64,000 nucleotides of DNA from Pelagibacteraceae bacterium AG-422-N09 (GCA_003213515.1 QCMV01000008.1:3914-67913), one strand, 5' to 3'. Positions 16,538 to 26,042 are shown, counted from the first letter of the stretch. A program made the numbers and translations. The notes: generated by a model not told the origin, from the letters alone.

Positions 16538-17767
16538 ATGTACAGCTTGCTTAAGGGAACATGGGCCCTATTTTTTGGTGTTGCAATGATAATGCTTGCG
16601 AATGGGCTTCAAGGCAGCTTGATTGGAGTCAGGGCATCAATCGAAGGGTACTCTGCAGCATCAGCGGGTATTATACTTACTGGATATTATGCCGGATTCT
16701 TATCTGGTGCCCTCTTGATACCCCGTCGCATTAAAAGTGTTGGACATGTAAGAATGTTTGCAGCTCTTGCATCAATTGCTTCTATCTCAATTCTCTTGCA
16801 TTCAATTCATGTAAGTTTCTTTGGATGGTTTTTAATGCGTTTTATATCTGGGATGTGTTTTGTAGGCATGTACACCGTTGCAGAAAGTTGGATCAATGAC
16901 CTTTCGGAAAATAATAATAGAGGTAAAGCTTTATCTATTTATATGATGGTTAGTATGGCTGGAAGTGCGGTAGGTCAGTTATTTCTTAATATAGCAAATC
17001 CAGAAACCGCGTCTTTATTCATGCTCGTTTCAATTCTAATTTCCATATCTCTAGTACCAATATTAATTGTTGTCAGTAAACAGCCAGATTTCAGTGTTAC
17101 TGAGTTTTTAAATATCAAACAGCTTTATGAAGCATCACCTCTTGGAGTGATTGCTGCTATGATGACAGGTTTGGCTCATGGAACTCTTTGGGGAATCGGG
17201 ACCATATATGGTTTAAAAAGTGGACTATCAATTGAGCAAGTATCAATTTTTATGTTTACATTTATTATTGGGGGAGCACTAAATCAGTACCTTATCGGCT
17301 ATTTGTCAGATACGTATGATAGAAGAACAATTATCGTAATTGTTGCTTTTTTAGCAGGCATCTTCTCTATTTTAGCTCTAATTTTTGGTAATACTTTCTC
17401 AGTCCTCGTAGCAATTACTTTCATATTTGGAGGTCTGACTGTTCCTCTTTATGCACTTTCGATTGCGCATACAAATGACTTTTTGTCAAAAAGAGAAATG
17501 GTTGCAGCAAGCTCAGGACTTCAACTGGCAGGAGGTATAGGTCTTACAATGGGACCCATCTTGGGAGGGCTGGCAATCGATATAATTGGAGCTTCAGGTT
17601 TTTGGATATATTTATTCCTAATTCACACCAGCCTAGGTTTGTTTGGGATATACAGAATGACGATCAGAACTGCTGTTCCATTAGAGGATCAAGGTAGCAC
17701 TGTACTTGTAAGCAGTAGAGCTTCGCCTGTTTCTATGGAATTGTATCCAGACGCTGAAGAGGGTTAA
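16538..17767 (+). CDS. Major facilitator superfamily transporter
   Basis: 409-aa ORF with about 12 predicted hydrophobic helices and an MFS-like loop motif (LIPRRIKSVGHVRM) after TM2. Substrate is unknown. Confidence 0.7.
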   Translation: MYSLLKGTWALFFGVAMIMLANGLQGSLIGVRASIEGYSAASAGIILTGYYAGFLSGALLIPRRIKSVGHVRMFAALASIASISILLHSIHVSFFGWFLMRFISGMCFVGMYTVAESWINDLSENNNRGKALSIYMMVSMAGSAVGQLFLNIANPETASLFMLVSILISISLVPILIVVSKQPDFSVTEFLNIKQLYEASPLGVIAAMMTGLAHGTLWGIGTIYGLKSGLSIEQVSIFMFTFIIGGALNQYLIGYLSDTYDRRTIIVIVAFLAGIFSILALIFGNTFSVLVAITFIFGGLTVPLYALSIAHTNDFLSKREMVAASSGLQLAGGIGLTMGPILGGLAIDIIGASGFWIYLFLIHTSLGLFGIYRMTIRTAVPLEDQGSTVLVSSRASPVSMELYPDAEEG

Positions 17768-17768
17768 T

Positions 17769-18629
17769 TTAAATAGACTTCAACCAATTATCTATATTTT
17801 CACTTATTTCGTCAGGTGAATCTTCTTGAACAAAATGATTGCCTTTTACAGTCGCTTCGGTTTGATTTTTAAATTTTCTGCAAAATTCAATTAGAGGCTT
17901 TGGCATTAAACGGCCTGGCTCTGCAATGATTAAAAGTTTTGGTATTTCTGTCTCCATCATGAAAGATAGATTTTTTTTAACTTCTTCATGGACGTGCTTC
18001 GGTTCTTTATCAATTGGTATTTGTCGCGGCCAGTCCAAAGTTGGTCTTCTATCCTCCCCAGGATTAAGAAACGGTTTTCTATAAACAGCCATAGTTTCTT
18101 CACTTAGAGGAGTAATTGGGTCTGTTCCCAACATTTTTTCAACAAAGAAATTTTCTTCTAAAACCTTTTTGTCACCTTTTTCGGACCTTAGCATCATAAA
18201 TAAACTTTTGAGCGGTTCTTGCATTTCTTCAGATTTAATCGGCGCAATAACTGTTTCAAAATAACATATGCCTCTTACTTTATCTGAATTCTCTCTCGCC
18301 CATTTTATACTTAATGGCCCTCCCCAGTCTTGTCCTACCAGGGTAATTTTTTCATTTAAATTTAGACTTTTTATTAATTCAGATAAGTATTCAAAATGAG
18401 TATCAAATGTATAAGTCATATGACCGGGATTATCTAACTTATCAGAGTCACCCATACCAATCATATCTGCCGCAATACATCTGTAACCACTATTTAAGTT
18501 TTTAATAATATTTCTATACAAATAGGATGAGCTTGGGTTTCCGTGAAAGAAGATTATTGGATCACCTGTGCCAACATCGACGTATGCAATTTTTTTATCT
18601 TTATGAGTAAAAAATTTTTTTTCTGTCAT
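17769..18629 (-). CDS. Haloalkane dehalogenase-like alpha/beta hydrolase
   Basis: It has HGNPSSSYLYRNII and a nucleophile-elbow segment GQDWGG, as in the haloalkane dehalogenase family. The preferred start is ATG 18629 (MTEKKFFTHKDKKIAYVDVG), which forms an ATGA overlap with the nitroreductase stop. The ORF track extends to 18650. Confidence 0.75.
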   Translation of the reverse strand: MTEKKFFTHKDKKIAYVDVGTGDPIIFFHGNPSSSYLYRNIIKNLNSGYRCIAADMIGMGDSDKLDNPGHMTYTFDTHFEYLSELIKSLNLNEKITLVGQDWGGPLSIKWARENSDKVRGICYFETVIAPIKSEEMQEPLKSLFMMLRSEKGDKKVLEENFFVEKMLGTDPITPLSEETMAVYRKPFLNPGEDRRPTLDWPRQIPIDKEPKHVHEEVKKNLSFMMETEIPKLLIIAEPGRLMPKPLIEFCRKFKNQTEATVKGNHFVQEDSPDEISENIDNWLKSI

Positions 18630-19288
18630 TTTTTTATAAATGTACACCAATCTTCTGGTGATCTTCTATTAGTTTTATAATTGTTTAATGGCGAGGAAGT
18701 ATCTCTGTATCCAATTGCCATGCCACAGAATAACATGAGATCAGAGTCAGCTTCAACAAATTCAGATACCATTTTCTGCCTAAGTGACCAAGATTCCTGT
18801 GCACAAGTATCGATTCCTTCTTCTTGAGCAAGTAGCATAAATGTCTGTAGGAACATTCCTAAATCTGACCACTGAGGTTGGTTCATCTGGCGGTCTACAA
18901 AACAGAATAATGCTGCTGGTGCACCAAAAAAAGTGAAATTTTTAAGCATTTGATCTACCCTTGCTTGCGAATTTGATCTTTCAATTCCAATAGAACCGTA
19001 TAACTGTTCACCAACTTCAAACCGTGAAGTTCTATAAGGCTCTTTTAGTTTTGCAGGATAAATTGGGTACTCAGGTGTGTCTGTGCCCTTCCATTTATCC
19101 TGAAATTCAAGAAAACGTTTCATCGAGTTTCCATTTATTATAAATATTCTCCATGGCTGTAAGTTGCCTCCCGATGGGGATCTAGAAGACTTATAAATTA
19201 GGCTTTCTAGTATTTCATTCGATACCTGCTTTTTTGTAAAAGCTCTGACTGATTGGCGATTGTTTACGGCTTCTGAAACGGTTGTCAT
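18626..19288 (-). CDS. Nitroreductase-family flavoprotein
   Basis: 220-aa ORF. The N-terminal RQSVRAFTKKQV and SRSPSGGNLQPW are characteristic of the NADH oxidase / nitroreductase fold. Confidence 0.75.
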   Translation of the reverse strand: MTTVSEAVNNRQSVRAFTKKQVSNEILESLIYKSSRSPSGGNLQPWRIFIINGNSMKRFLEFQDKWKGTDTPEYPIYPAKLKEPYRTSRFEVGEQLYGSIGIERSNSQARVDQMLKNFTFFGAPAALFCFVDRQMNQPQWSDLGMFLQTFMLLAQEEGIDTCAQESWSLRQKMVSEFVEADSDLMLFCGMAIGYRDTSSPLNNYKTNRRSPEDWCTFIKK

Positions 19289-19416
19289 AATTTAATTTTT
19301 ATTCTCTTTTTTTCATGAAGTTTTTTTTTATTTGCGACCTTTTTTGGTCTAAACTTATCTGTCCTTAACTGTCTTGCGATAGGATTACTTTTTAATTTAC
19401 TTTTTTTCTTTTTCAT
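19285..19416 (-). CDS. 43-aa very basic small protein, ArfA-like (candidate alternative ribosome-rescue factor)
   Basis: Not in the ORF track because it is below the size cutoff. My translation is MKKKKSKLKSNPIARQLRTDKFRPKKVANKKKLHEKKRIKIKL. The NPIARQLRTDKFRPKKVANKKK core resembles the ArfA core ([23 protein letters not shown] in E. coli). The ATG lies 4 nt after the SDR stop, and its TGA overlaps the nitroreductase ATG (ATGA). Confidence 0.4.
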   Translation of the reverse strand: MKKKKSKLKSNPIARQLRTDKFRPKKVANKKKLHEKKRIKIKL

Positions 19417-19419
19417 TCT

Positions 19420-20175
19420 TTATAGAAGCACACTGCCTCCATCTACCATTAGGGTTTGTCCTGTAACGAATTTACTTTGATCACTTGCAAGATAAAGAAC
19501 AGTTCCATATATATCATCAACTTCAAGTGTCTTTTGTAATATCTGCCCTTTAGAAATAACCTCAAAACCACGTTCTGCTTTTTCTCCTAAAAATTCCTTT
19601 GCCGACTCGGTTCTTACCATAGACGGCGCTACTGCATTCACACGAATGTTATCTTTTCCCATTTCTCTCGCCATAACTCGAGTTAGTCCAATCACGGCAG
19701 CTTTTGATGTAGCGTAATCTGCAGCGTAAGGCATACCAAATTTAGCTGCTAGAGATGCGATATTTATTATTGAGCCACTTTTATTTTCCCTCATTATTGG
19801 AGATATTGCTCTGCAGCAATTCCAGAGTCCTTTGACATTAACATTCATCGCTTTGTCCCATTGATCTGGATTAATATCTTCAAATCGTGAGCTTTTTAAT
19901 GCTCCATATAGTGCGGCGTTATTTACCAATACATCTATTTTAGAAAATTTATCAACAGCCTTCGCCATCATATTGTTGCATGAGTTTATATCTGTCACAT
20001 CGAGATTTAGACTTAAAAATTTATCTGTAACTTCGCTCACCTTTTTCTCTGTCTCAGAACAATCAGATATATCTGCAAAAATGATATTCGCTTCTGCTTT
20101 TGCAAATTCAAGGGCATATTTCTGTCCCAAGCCTCTTGCGGCACCTGTAACAATAATTGTTTTATCTTTGATCAT
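19420..20175 (-). CDS. Short-chain dehydrogenase/reductase (FabG-like)
   Basis: 251-aa ORF with TGAARGLGQ, NNAA and the catalytic YATSKAAV. Confidence 0.85.
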   Translation of the reverse strand: MIKDKTIIVTGAARGLGQKYALEFAKAEANIIFADISDCSETEKKVSEVTDKFLSLNLDVTDINSCNNMMAKAVDKFSKIDVLVNNAALYGALKSSRFEDINPDQWDKAMNVNVKGLWNCCRAISPIMRENKSGSIINIASLAAKFGMPYAADYATSKAAVIGLTRVMAREMGKDNIRVNAVAPSMVRTESAKEFLGEKAERGFEVISKGQILQKTLEVDDIYGTVLYLASDQSKFVTGQTLMVDGGSVLL

Positions 20176-20692
20176 AAATATCTTCCAGCTCCTCCTTGCT
20201 CATTTCAAATAATATCTTCTTTACGATGTTATATGAAAAACCTGCTCTTGACAAAACTCCAAGTTCTCTCATTTTTATTTTTTCTGTAAGTTCATTTTTC
20301 CTATAAGGTCCTATAGATTTCTTTTTTGCCAACCTACAAGCGGCTATAAGATCAACATTTTTAAGTGAATTTCTAATGTTCTGTATTGCATCAATAATTA
20401 TATTATCCTTTACGTATAGTTCCTTAAGTTTGAATTCAATTTTTTTTAGTGACCAACCCTTATTTAGATAATTTCTGATTTTACTCTCAGAAAATAGCTG
20501 ATCATTAAGAATTTTTTGTCTTTCTAATGAAAAAATTATTTCATTGATAATTTCTTCTGAGTTAATACTTAAATGGCTATCTTTAACTTTTCGTCTTAGA
20601 TAATTTCTTAAGTTTTCTGAGCTCGATGCGTATCTTTGTAAGTACCATAAAGCTTTTGATTCAATTTCAGTATAATTAGATTTATTTTTCAT
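20162..20692 (-). CDS. recX: Regulatory protein RecX
   Basis: 176-aa ORF with three-helix repeats and an N-terminus ALWYLQRYASSSENLRNYLRRK typical of RecX. Confidence 0.7.
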   Translation of the reverse strand: MKNKSNYTEIESKALWYLQRYASSSENLRNYLRRKVKDSHLSINSEEIINEIIFSLERQKILNDQLFSESKIRNYLNKGWSLKKIEFKLKELYVKDNIIIDAIQNIRNSLKNVDLIAACRLAKKKSIGPYRKNELTEKIKMRELGVLSRAGFSYNIVKKILFEMSKEELEDIYDQR

Positions 20693-21818
20693 TAACTATC
20701 TGAAAAATTTTTTCTGCTGCCATTATACTTGGCGTGCTTTGAGATTTGAGTTTTGCAGTAGCTTCACTTGCATTTGATAGAACCTCTTGAAGGTAATCAT
20801 TATCATCTAAAAATTTTTTTAAATAATACATAATATTATCTTTATTGCTTTTACTTTGTAGCAGCTCAGGAATGATAAACTTCCCTTGTATAATATTAAT
20901 TAAATTACCCATTCTAGTTTTAATAAGGAATTGTAGTATAAAATAGGTTACAGGATTGAATTTGTATGCTGTCACATATGGTGTATTAAAATATGAAACT
21001 TCTAGAGCTGCAGTCCCTGAGGTCACAATGCCAAGTTTTGCATGATAGTAATAAGAGTATTTAATATACTCATCTAGAACTATTTTTATTCTATTTTGTA
21101 AACCGAATTGACTCAAGATATCTTCTACATAAAAAGTCATTTCTTTTGTAAGTGGCATTACAAGCTCATACTTGTCATCTAACTTCATGGCCCTTATTAC
21201 TTCTAAGTAAATTGGTAAAAGAGACACAACTTCCTTTTTTCTACTTCCCGGTAAAATTAAGAAAACTTCTCTGCCTCCCTTAGTAATTTTATTATTTTTA
21301 AAGTTTTCAATATTTATCTCTGTTATCGGATGACCTACAAAAGTTGTCGGCACTTTATATTTCTCAAATATTTTCTTCTCAAAAGGTAGAATTGTCAGCA
21401 AGTGATCTACTGATTTTTTTACTGTATGGACACGTCCAGGCCTCCATGCCCAAACGCTAGGAGCCACATAATGAAGAATTTTTAATTTATTGTTTCGTTT
21501 TTTTATCCGTTCAGCAATTCTCAATGTAAAATCCGGACTATCAACTGTGAAAATAATATCAGGATCAAGTTCAATAATTTGATTAACCACTGATTTTATT
21601 ATGAGATTTATTTTAAATATCTTAGGAATAACTTCAATTAATCCCATCACGTTAATGTCAGATATGTCAAAAAATTTTTGAATACCCTCTTTTTCAAGGG
21701 CTCTTCCACCAATACCGAAAATTTTAAGAGGCTCATATGAAATTTTTTTTAGTTCTTTTATGGCTGATGCGGCTAATTTATCGCCAGACTCTTCACCGGT
21801 TATTACTACAATCTTCAT
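20682..21818 (-). CDS. lpxB: Lipid-A-disaccharide synthase
   Basis: 378-aa ORF. It has the N-terminal GEESGDKLA motif (GE(A/P)SGD in LpxB), YYVAPSVWAWRP-like YVAPSVWAWRPGR, and LPGSR. Confidence 0.88.
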   Translation of the reverse strand: MKIVVITGEESGDKLAASAIKELKKISYEPLKIFGIGGRALEKEGIQKFFDISDINVMGLIEVIPKIFKINLIIKSVVNQIIELDPDIIFTVDSPDFTLRIAERIKKRNNKLKILHYVAPSVWAWRPGRVHTVKKSVDHLLTILPFEKKIFEKYKVPTTFVGHPITEINIENFKNNKITKGGREVFLILPGSRKKEVVSLLPIYLEVIRAMKLDDKYELVMPLTKEMTFYVEDILSQFGLQNRIKIVLDEYIKYSYYYHAKLGIVTSGTAALEVSYFNTPYVTAYKFNPVTYFILQFLIKTRMGNLINIIQGKFIIPELLQSKSNKDNIMYYLKKFLDDNDYLQEVLSNASEATAKLKSQSTPSIMAAEKIFQIVNEK

Positions 21819-21859
21819 TTTACTATTTGATCTAATTGTTTATATTTATACCATTATAT

Positions 21860-22447
21860 ATGTCTAAAAACGTAACATTTTGCTTTGATTTTGGAAGTCC
21901 TTACTCCTACCTAGCCTACAATAATCTTAGAGTAATTAAAGACGAAGGAGCTGAAATTGAAATTATGCCTGTTCTGCTGGGAGGCATATTTAAGGCTACA
22001 GGAAATCAACCGCCTGCAACTGTCCAAAAAAAGGGAGAATATATGTTTAAAGATATTACTCGTTGGACAAAAACACTCAATATTCCATTTAAGATGAATC
22101 CCTATTTTCCAATATTAACAGTGCCTCACATGCGAGGGGCGGTCTTAGCCCAAAAAAATGATATTTTAGAAAATTACATGCAAGTTATGTTTGAGTCTAT
22201 TTGGACAAAAGCAATGAATCTTAATGATCAGGAACTTCTGACCCAAGTCGCCACTGAATCTGGAATGGATGCAAATAGTTTTGCTGAAGGAATTTCAAGT
22301 GATGAAATTAAAAATAAATTAAGAGAGAATACTGAATTTGCTATTAATAAAGGAGCGTTTGGAGTACCAACATTTTATATCGATGATGAAATGTATTGGG
22401 GCATTGACAGTATGAAATTTCTTGTTGAATATTTAAAAAATCAATAA
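21860..22447 (+). CDS. 2-hydroxychromene-2-carboxylate isomerase / DsbA-like thioredoxin-fold protein
   Basis: The preferred start is ATG 21860 (MSKNVTFCFDFGSPYSYLAY). It has FDFGSPYSY and a C-terminal GAFGVPTFYIDDEMYWG, typical of the HCCA isomerase family. The ORF track starts at TTG 21836. Confidence 0.75.
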   Translation: MSKNVTFCFDFGSPYSYLAYNNLRVIKDEGAEIEIMPVLLGGIFKATGNQPPATVQKKGEYMFKDITRWTKTLNIPFKMNPYFPILTVPHMRGAVLAQKNDILENYMQVMFESIWTKAMNLNDQELLTQVATESGMDANSFAEGISSDEIKNKLRENTEFAINKGAFGVPTFYIDDEMYWGIDSMKFLVEYLKNQ

Positions 22448-23260
22448 TCAGCCATTATCCTCTTCATTATAATTACGAGCAATAATAGCCCCTAAACCAG
22501 GGAAATATCTTGATATATATAATGCTATTTTTGGAAAGCTTATTCTAGGAACAATATAAGCTTCTCTTTTATTTGCCTCTATTGATTTAATAATCATTTC
22601 TGAAGCTTTATCCAAATCCATACCTTGACTTTCATGGCCTCTATCATTAGCACCATAAGGAGTGCCGTCTCCAGTTAAGGCTTTCATACCTATCTCAGTG
22701 TTAACAAATCCTGGAGCGACAGTGTTAACTTTAATGTTATGTTCATGAACTTCAGCTCGAAGCGAGTCCATAAAACCGTGCAATGCATGTTTTGATGAAG
22801 CATAAACAGTTCTTTTTTTTGATCCAAATTTTCCAGACAAACTGGTGTTCGTTACTATCTGACCTTTTTTATTTGATATCATTTGTGGAAGTAAACACTT
22901 AGTTAATTTAACAACGGAGAGAAAATTTAGATTCATAACTTGTGTATACACATTAAAATCTGTTTCATTCGCTGCAGAATATGCAGATACTCCAGCATTA
23001 TTAAAGAGTATATCTATTGAACCAACCTCACGAGTAACTCTATTAACTAAATCGTCAATGGACTCCAAATTTGAGAGATCGTGATCAAAAATATGCGCCT
23101 TTGCATTTCCACATTCTTTTTTTACTTCCTCTAATTTGTCTCTATTTCGCGCAGTTAATATTACTTCTGCACCTAATTTTGATAGCTTAATTGCAACTGA
23201 TCGACCAATACCGGATGAAGCGCCCGTAACCCAAATTCTTTTATTATGAAAATAGCTCAT
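22448..23260 (-). CDS. Short-chain dehydrogenase/reductase
   Basis: It has TGASSGIG, NNAG and YASSKHAL. The preferred start is ATG 23260 (MSYFHNKRIWVTGASSGIG). The track's TTG at 23287 would overlap the divergent GNAT start. Confidence 0.85.
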   Translation of the reverse strand: MSYFHNKRIWVTGASSGIGRSVAIKLSKLGAEVILTARNRDKLEEVKKECGNAKAHIFDHDLSNLESIDDLVNRVTREVGSIDILFNNAGVSAYSAANETDFNVYTQVMNLNFLSVVKLTKCLLPQMISNKKGQIVTNTSLSGKFGSKKRTVYASSKHALHGFMDSLRAEVHEHNIKVNTVAPGFVNTEIGMKALTGDGTPYGANDRGHESQGMDLDKASEMIIKSIEANKREAYIVPRISFPKIALYISRYFPGLGAIIARNYNEEDNG

Positions 23261-23281
23261 AGAATTATATAATCTAACATT

Positions 23282-23755
23282 ATGCAACTAAGACTAGCAA
23301 GAAATAAAGACGGAAATCAAATAATCAACTTAATCAAAAGATGCTTTAAAGATTATAAAAATTGCTACCTTGATGTAGACAACGACTCTCCAGAGTTAAG
23401 AGATATTTATTCTTACTTTAAAAATAAAAAAGGAAAGTTCTGGGTATATGTTGATAAAAATAAAATTATTGGATGCATGGGTTATCTGCCACATGAAAAA
23501 AATAACTTAGAAATACATAAGCTATATATAGATAAAAATTATCGAATGAAGGGCTTGGCAAAAAAACTAATAATAAGGATTGAGAGTATTGCAAAGAAAT
23601 ATAAAAAAAGAAAGATAGTGTTATGGACCGATACTAGATTCAAGGAAGCTCACAAAATGTATAAAAAATTAAATTATAAAAAAATGTCAAAAACAAGAAA
23701 GTTAAACGACATAAGCAATACAACTGAATATGCCTTCCAAAAAGTAATTAATTAG
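23282..23755 (+). CDS. GNAT-family N-acetyltransferase
   Basis: 157-aa ORF with the acetyl-CoA-binding motif A region LYIDKNYRMKGLAKKLI. Confidence 0.7.
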   Translation: MQLRLARNKDGNQIINLIKRCFKDYKNCYLDVDNDSPELRDIYSYFKNKKGKFWVYVDKNKIIGCMGYLPHEKNNLEIHKLYIDKNYRMKGLAKKLIIRIESIAKKYKKRKIVLWTDTRFKEAHKMYKKLNYKKMSKTRKLNDISNTTEYAFQKVIN

Positions 23756-24431
23756 CTTTCACTGTTCCTAATTTTCTCTCCGCTAACCCAACAGCTAAAA
23801 CTATAATGAAGTTGATAATTAAATATATTGATCCCGCTACTAAAAATATTTCAACAGGTGCATAGGTTTTTGAGATTATAGTTCGAGCTATTCCAGTAAT
23901 TTCCATGAGCGTGATAATTGAAATCAATGAACTGGCTTTAACCATTAATATCAACTCATTACCATAAGCTGGTAATGCTTGTCTTACGGTAATTGGAAGT
24001 GTAATTAGCAGAAATGTCTTAATTTTATTCAGTCCTAATGCTCCTGATGCTTCTATAAAATTTTTAGACACAGAAAGGATACCTCCTCGAATTATTTCAG
24101 AGGAATAAGCACCAGTGCTGATAGTCAGTGTAATGATACCACACCAATATGGCTCTTTTAAAATTGGCCATAATATACTTTCTCGAATAAATGAAAATTG
24201 ACCAAGACCATAATAAACAAAATACAACTGCAGTAACAGAGGTGTCCCCCTAATTAAATAGACAAAATAATATGCAGGAATTGACATTGATTTTTTGCCA
24301 GAAATTCTCATCAATGCCACGATTATTGCTAATGCTAGTCCGAGTACTGTTGAAATAGAAACTACTTGTAATGTAAGAGGAATACCCCCAATTATTTTAA
24401 AAAATGACTCATACATTAATTCAAATCTCAT
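23748..24431 (-). CDS. Polar amino-acid ABC transporter permease (HisM/OccM-like)
   Basis: 227-aa polytopic ORF with an EAA-type loop (FIEASGALGLNKIKTFLLITLP). It overlaps the upstream permease by 4 nt. Confidence 0.85.
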   Translation of the reverse strand: MRFELMYESFFKIIGGIPLTLQVVSISTVLGLALAIIVALMRISGKKSMSIPAYYFVYLIRGTPLLLQLYFVYYGLGQFSFIRESILWPILKEPYWCGIITLTISTGAYSSEIIRGGILSVSKNFIEASGALGLNKIKTFLLITLPITVRQALPAYGNELILMVKASSLISIITLMEITGIARTIISKTYAPVEIFLVAGSIYLIINFIIVLAVGLAERKLGTVKAN

Positions 24432-25141
24432 AGCGCCCCCTTAGATACAAAACCTTTAGAGTAAGTATTTTCAGCCTTATCAAATAAAATGTTAGAAAGC
24501 CTGGTAATTACCAAATACAGAATAATTGCAGCCGTATAAAATATAAATGGTTCATGTGTCGAGCCCGCAGCAATACGCGACTGTCGCATAATTTCAACTA
24601 ACCCTGTAACACTAATAAGCGCGGTATCTTTAAGTGTAATTTGCCACACATTACCAATACCTGGCAGTGCAATTCTTGCAACTTGTGGGAATATTACTCT
24701 TCCATAGAGACCATATCCATTTAATCCAAGTGTTTTACCTGCCTCAAACTGCCCTTTATGAACGGAGTTAACCGCACCTCGAATGACTTCTGTAGAATAA
24801 GCCCCTGAAATTGCACCAACAGCAATTGTGCCAATTGTAAATGCATTAAGTTCAATATAACCATCATAACCAAAAATTTTAGCAATATACATAACTGCGC
24901 CGCTGCCACCAAAAAAAAGAAGATATATGACTAAAAGCTCAGGTATGCCTCTTATTATTGTTGTGTATGTATTTGCTACTATTTTTAGAATAAAAATATT
25001 TGATAGTTTACATGTAGCAAAAATAATTCCTATCAGAATGCCTAAAAGTAAAGATGACGCACTTACAAGAACTGTCATCAGTGCACCCATAAGCATCTCA
25101 TCTCCCCATCCAGATGAACCAAAGGAAAATACTTCAAACAT
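24428..25141 (-). CDS. Polar amino-acid ABC transporter permease (HisQ/OccQ-like)
   Basis: 237-aa polytopic ORF with an EAA-type loop (QFEAGKTLGLNGYGLYGRVIFPQ). Confidence 0.85.
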   Translation of the reverse strand: MFEVFSFGSSGWGDEMLMGALMTVLVSASSLLLGILIGIIFATCKLSNIFILKIVANTYTTIIRGIPELLVIYLLFFGGSGAVMYIAKIFGYDGYIELNAFTIGTIAVGAISGAYSTEVIRGAVNSVHKGQFEAGKTLGLNGYGLYGRVIFPQVARIALPGIGNVWQITLKDTALISVTGLVEIMRQSRIAAGSTHEPFIFYTAAIILYLVITRLSNILFDKAENTYSKGFVSKGAL

Positions 25142-25153
25142 ATTTATTTATAT

Positions 25154-25190
25154 AAAAAAAAACGGCTGAGTATTAGTCAGCCGTTTTTTT
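25154..25190 (-). terminator. Intra-operon rho-independent terminator/attenuator between the binding-protein gene and the permease genes
   Basis: A 9-bp stem, aacggctga (25161-25169) with tcagccgtt (25177-25185), and a 7-nt loop. It is flanked by an A-run (25154-25162) and a T-run (25184-25190), so it reads as hairpin plus U-tail on either strand. On the minus strand it follows the SBP stop. Confidence 0.75.
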
Positions 25191-25208
25191 ACGTTATTAA
25201 TTTCAAAA

Positions 25209-26042
25209 TTACGGTGCTAGGTCTTTACCAAACCATTGCATTGATATTTTAGAAATTGTTCCATCAGCAGCTGCATCAGCTATTGCTTTATCAAACATTG
25301 CTTTAAGATCAGCGTCTCCTTGTCTGATACCTGCGCCAACACCTTCACCTAAAAGTCCTCCAAACACATTTGGACCAAAAGTTACTACATTAGAACCACC
25401 TGAAGTTTCCATAAATGCTTCTGCTGTTCCAACATCACATAGCATTGCATCTATTCTACCAGCCGCAAGATCAAGATTCATTTCGTCCTGTGTTGGATAA
25501 ACCTTTAAGTTTGAATCTAAGTATTTATTTGCAAAATCCTCGTGGATTGTCGCAACAGTTACTCCAATATTCATACCTTTCATTGCATTGTTTAACGCAC
25601 TTATAGTACCAGAAGTAGCACTGCTTTCATCATCAAGATTTAAGTTTTTTGCAGATGTAAAAGTACTTAATGGTGAACTATTAAGTGTGAAAAATCTAGC
25701 TGGTTCTGTCATGTAAGCTTTAGAAAAACTAATTGTTTTTTTTCTTTCTTCAGTTACTGACATACCTGCCATGATTACATCATATTTACCATTAACTAGT
25801 GCAGGAATAATTCCATCCCAGTCCTGTTGAACGAACTCACATTCAGCGTTCATTCTTTTACATAAATCTCTTGCAAGATCTAACTCAGCGCCAACGAGAT
25901 TTCCTGATGCATCTGTAAAGTTCCACGGTTCGTATGCGCCTTCCGTCCCAATTCTAATTTTTGACCAATGGCCGTCCGCTAATGCCATTGAAGATATAGC
26001 GCTTATAGCCAATCCAATTATTAATAATTTTAAATTTTTCAC
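25209..26042 (-). CDS. Periplasmic polar amino-acid / opine-type substrate-binding protein (SBP family 3)
   Basis: 277-aa ORF with a signal peptide (LAISAISSMALA) and a family-3 SBP layout (RIGTEGAYEPWNF, GELDLARDLCKRM, DVIMAGMS). It uses a GTG start preceded by GGAGGA about 9 nt upstream. Confidence 0.85.
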   Translation of the reverse strand: MKNLKLLIIGLAISAISSMALADGHWSKIRIGTEGAYEPWNFTDASGNLVGAELDLARDLCKRMNAECEFVQQDWDGIIPALVNGKYDVIMAGMSVTEERKKTISFSKAYMTEPARFFTLNSSPLSTFTSAKNLNLDDESSATSGTISALNNAMKGMNIGVTVATIHEDFANKYLDSNLKVYPTQDEMNLDLAAGRIDAMLCDVGTAEAFMETSGGSNVVTFGPNVFGGLLGEGVGAGIRQGDADLKAMFDKAIADAAADGTISKISMQWFGKDLAP

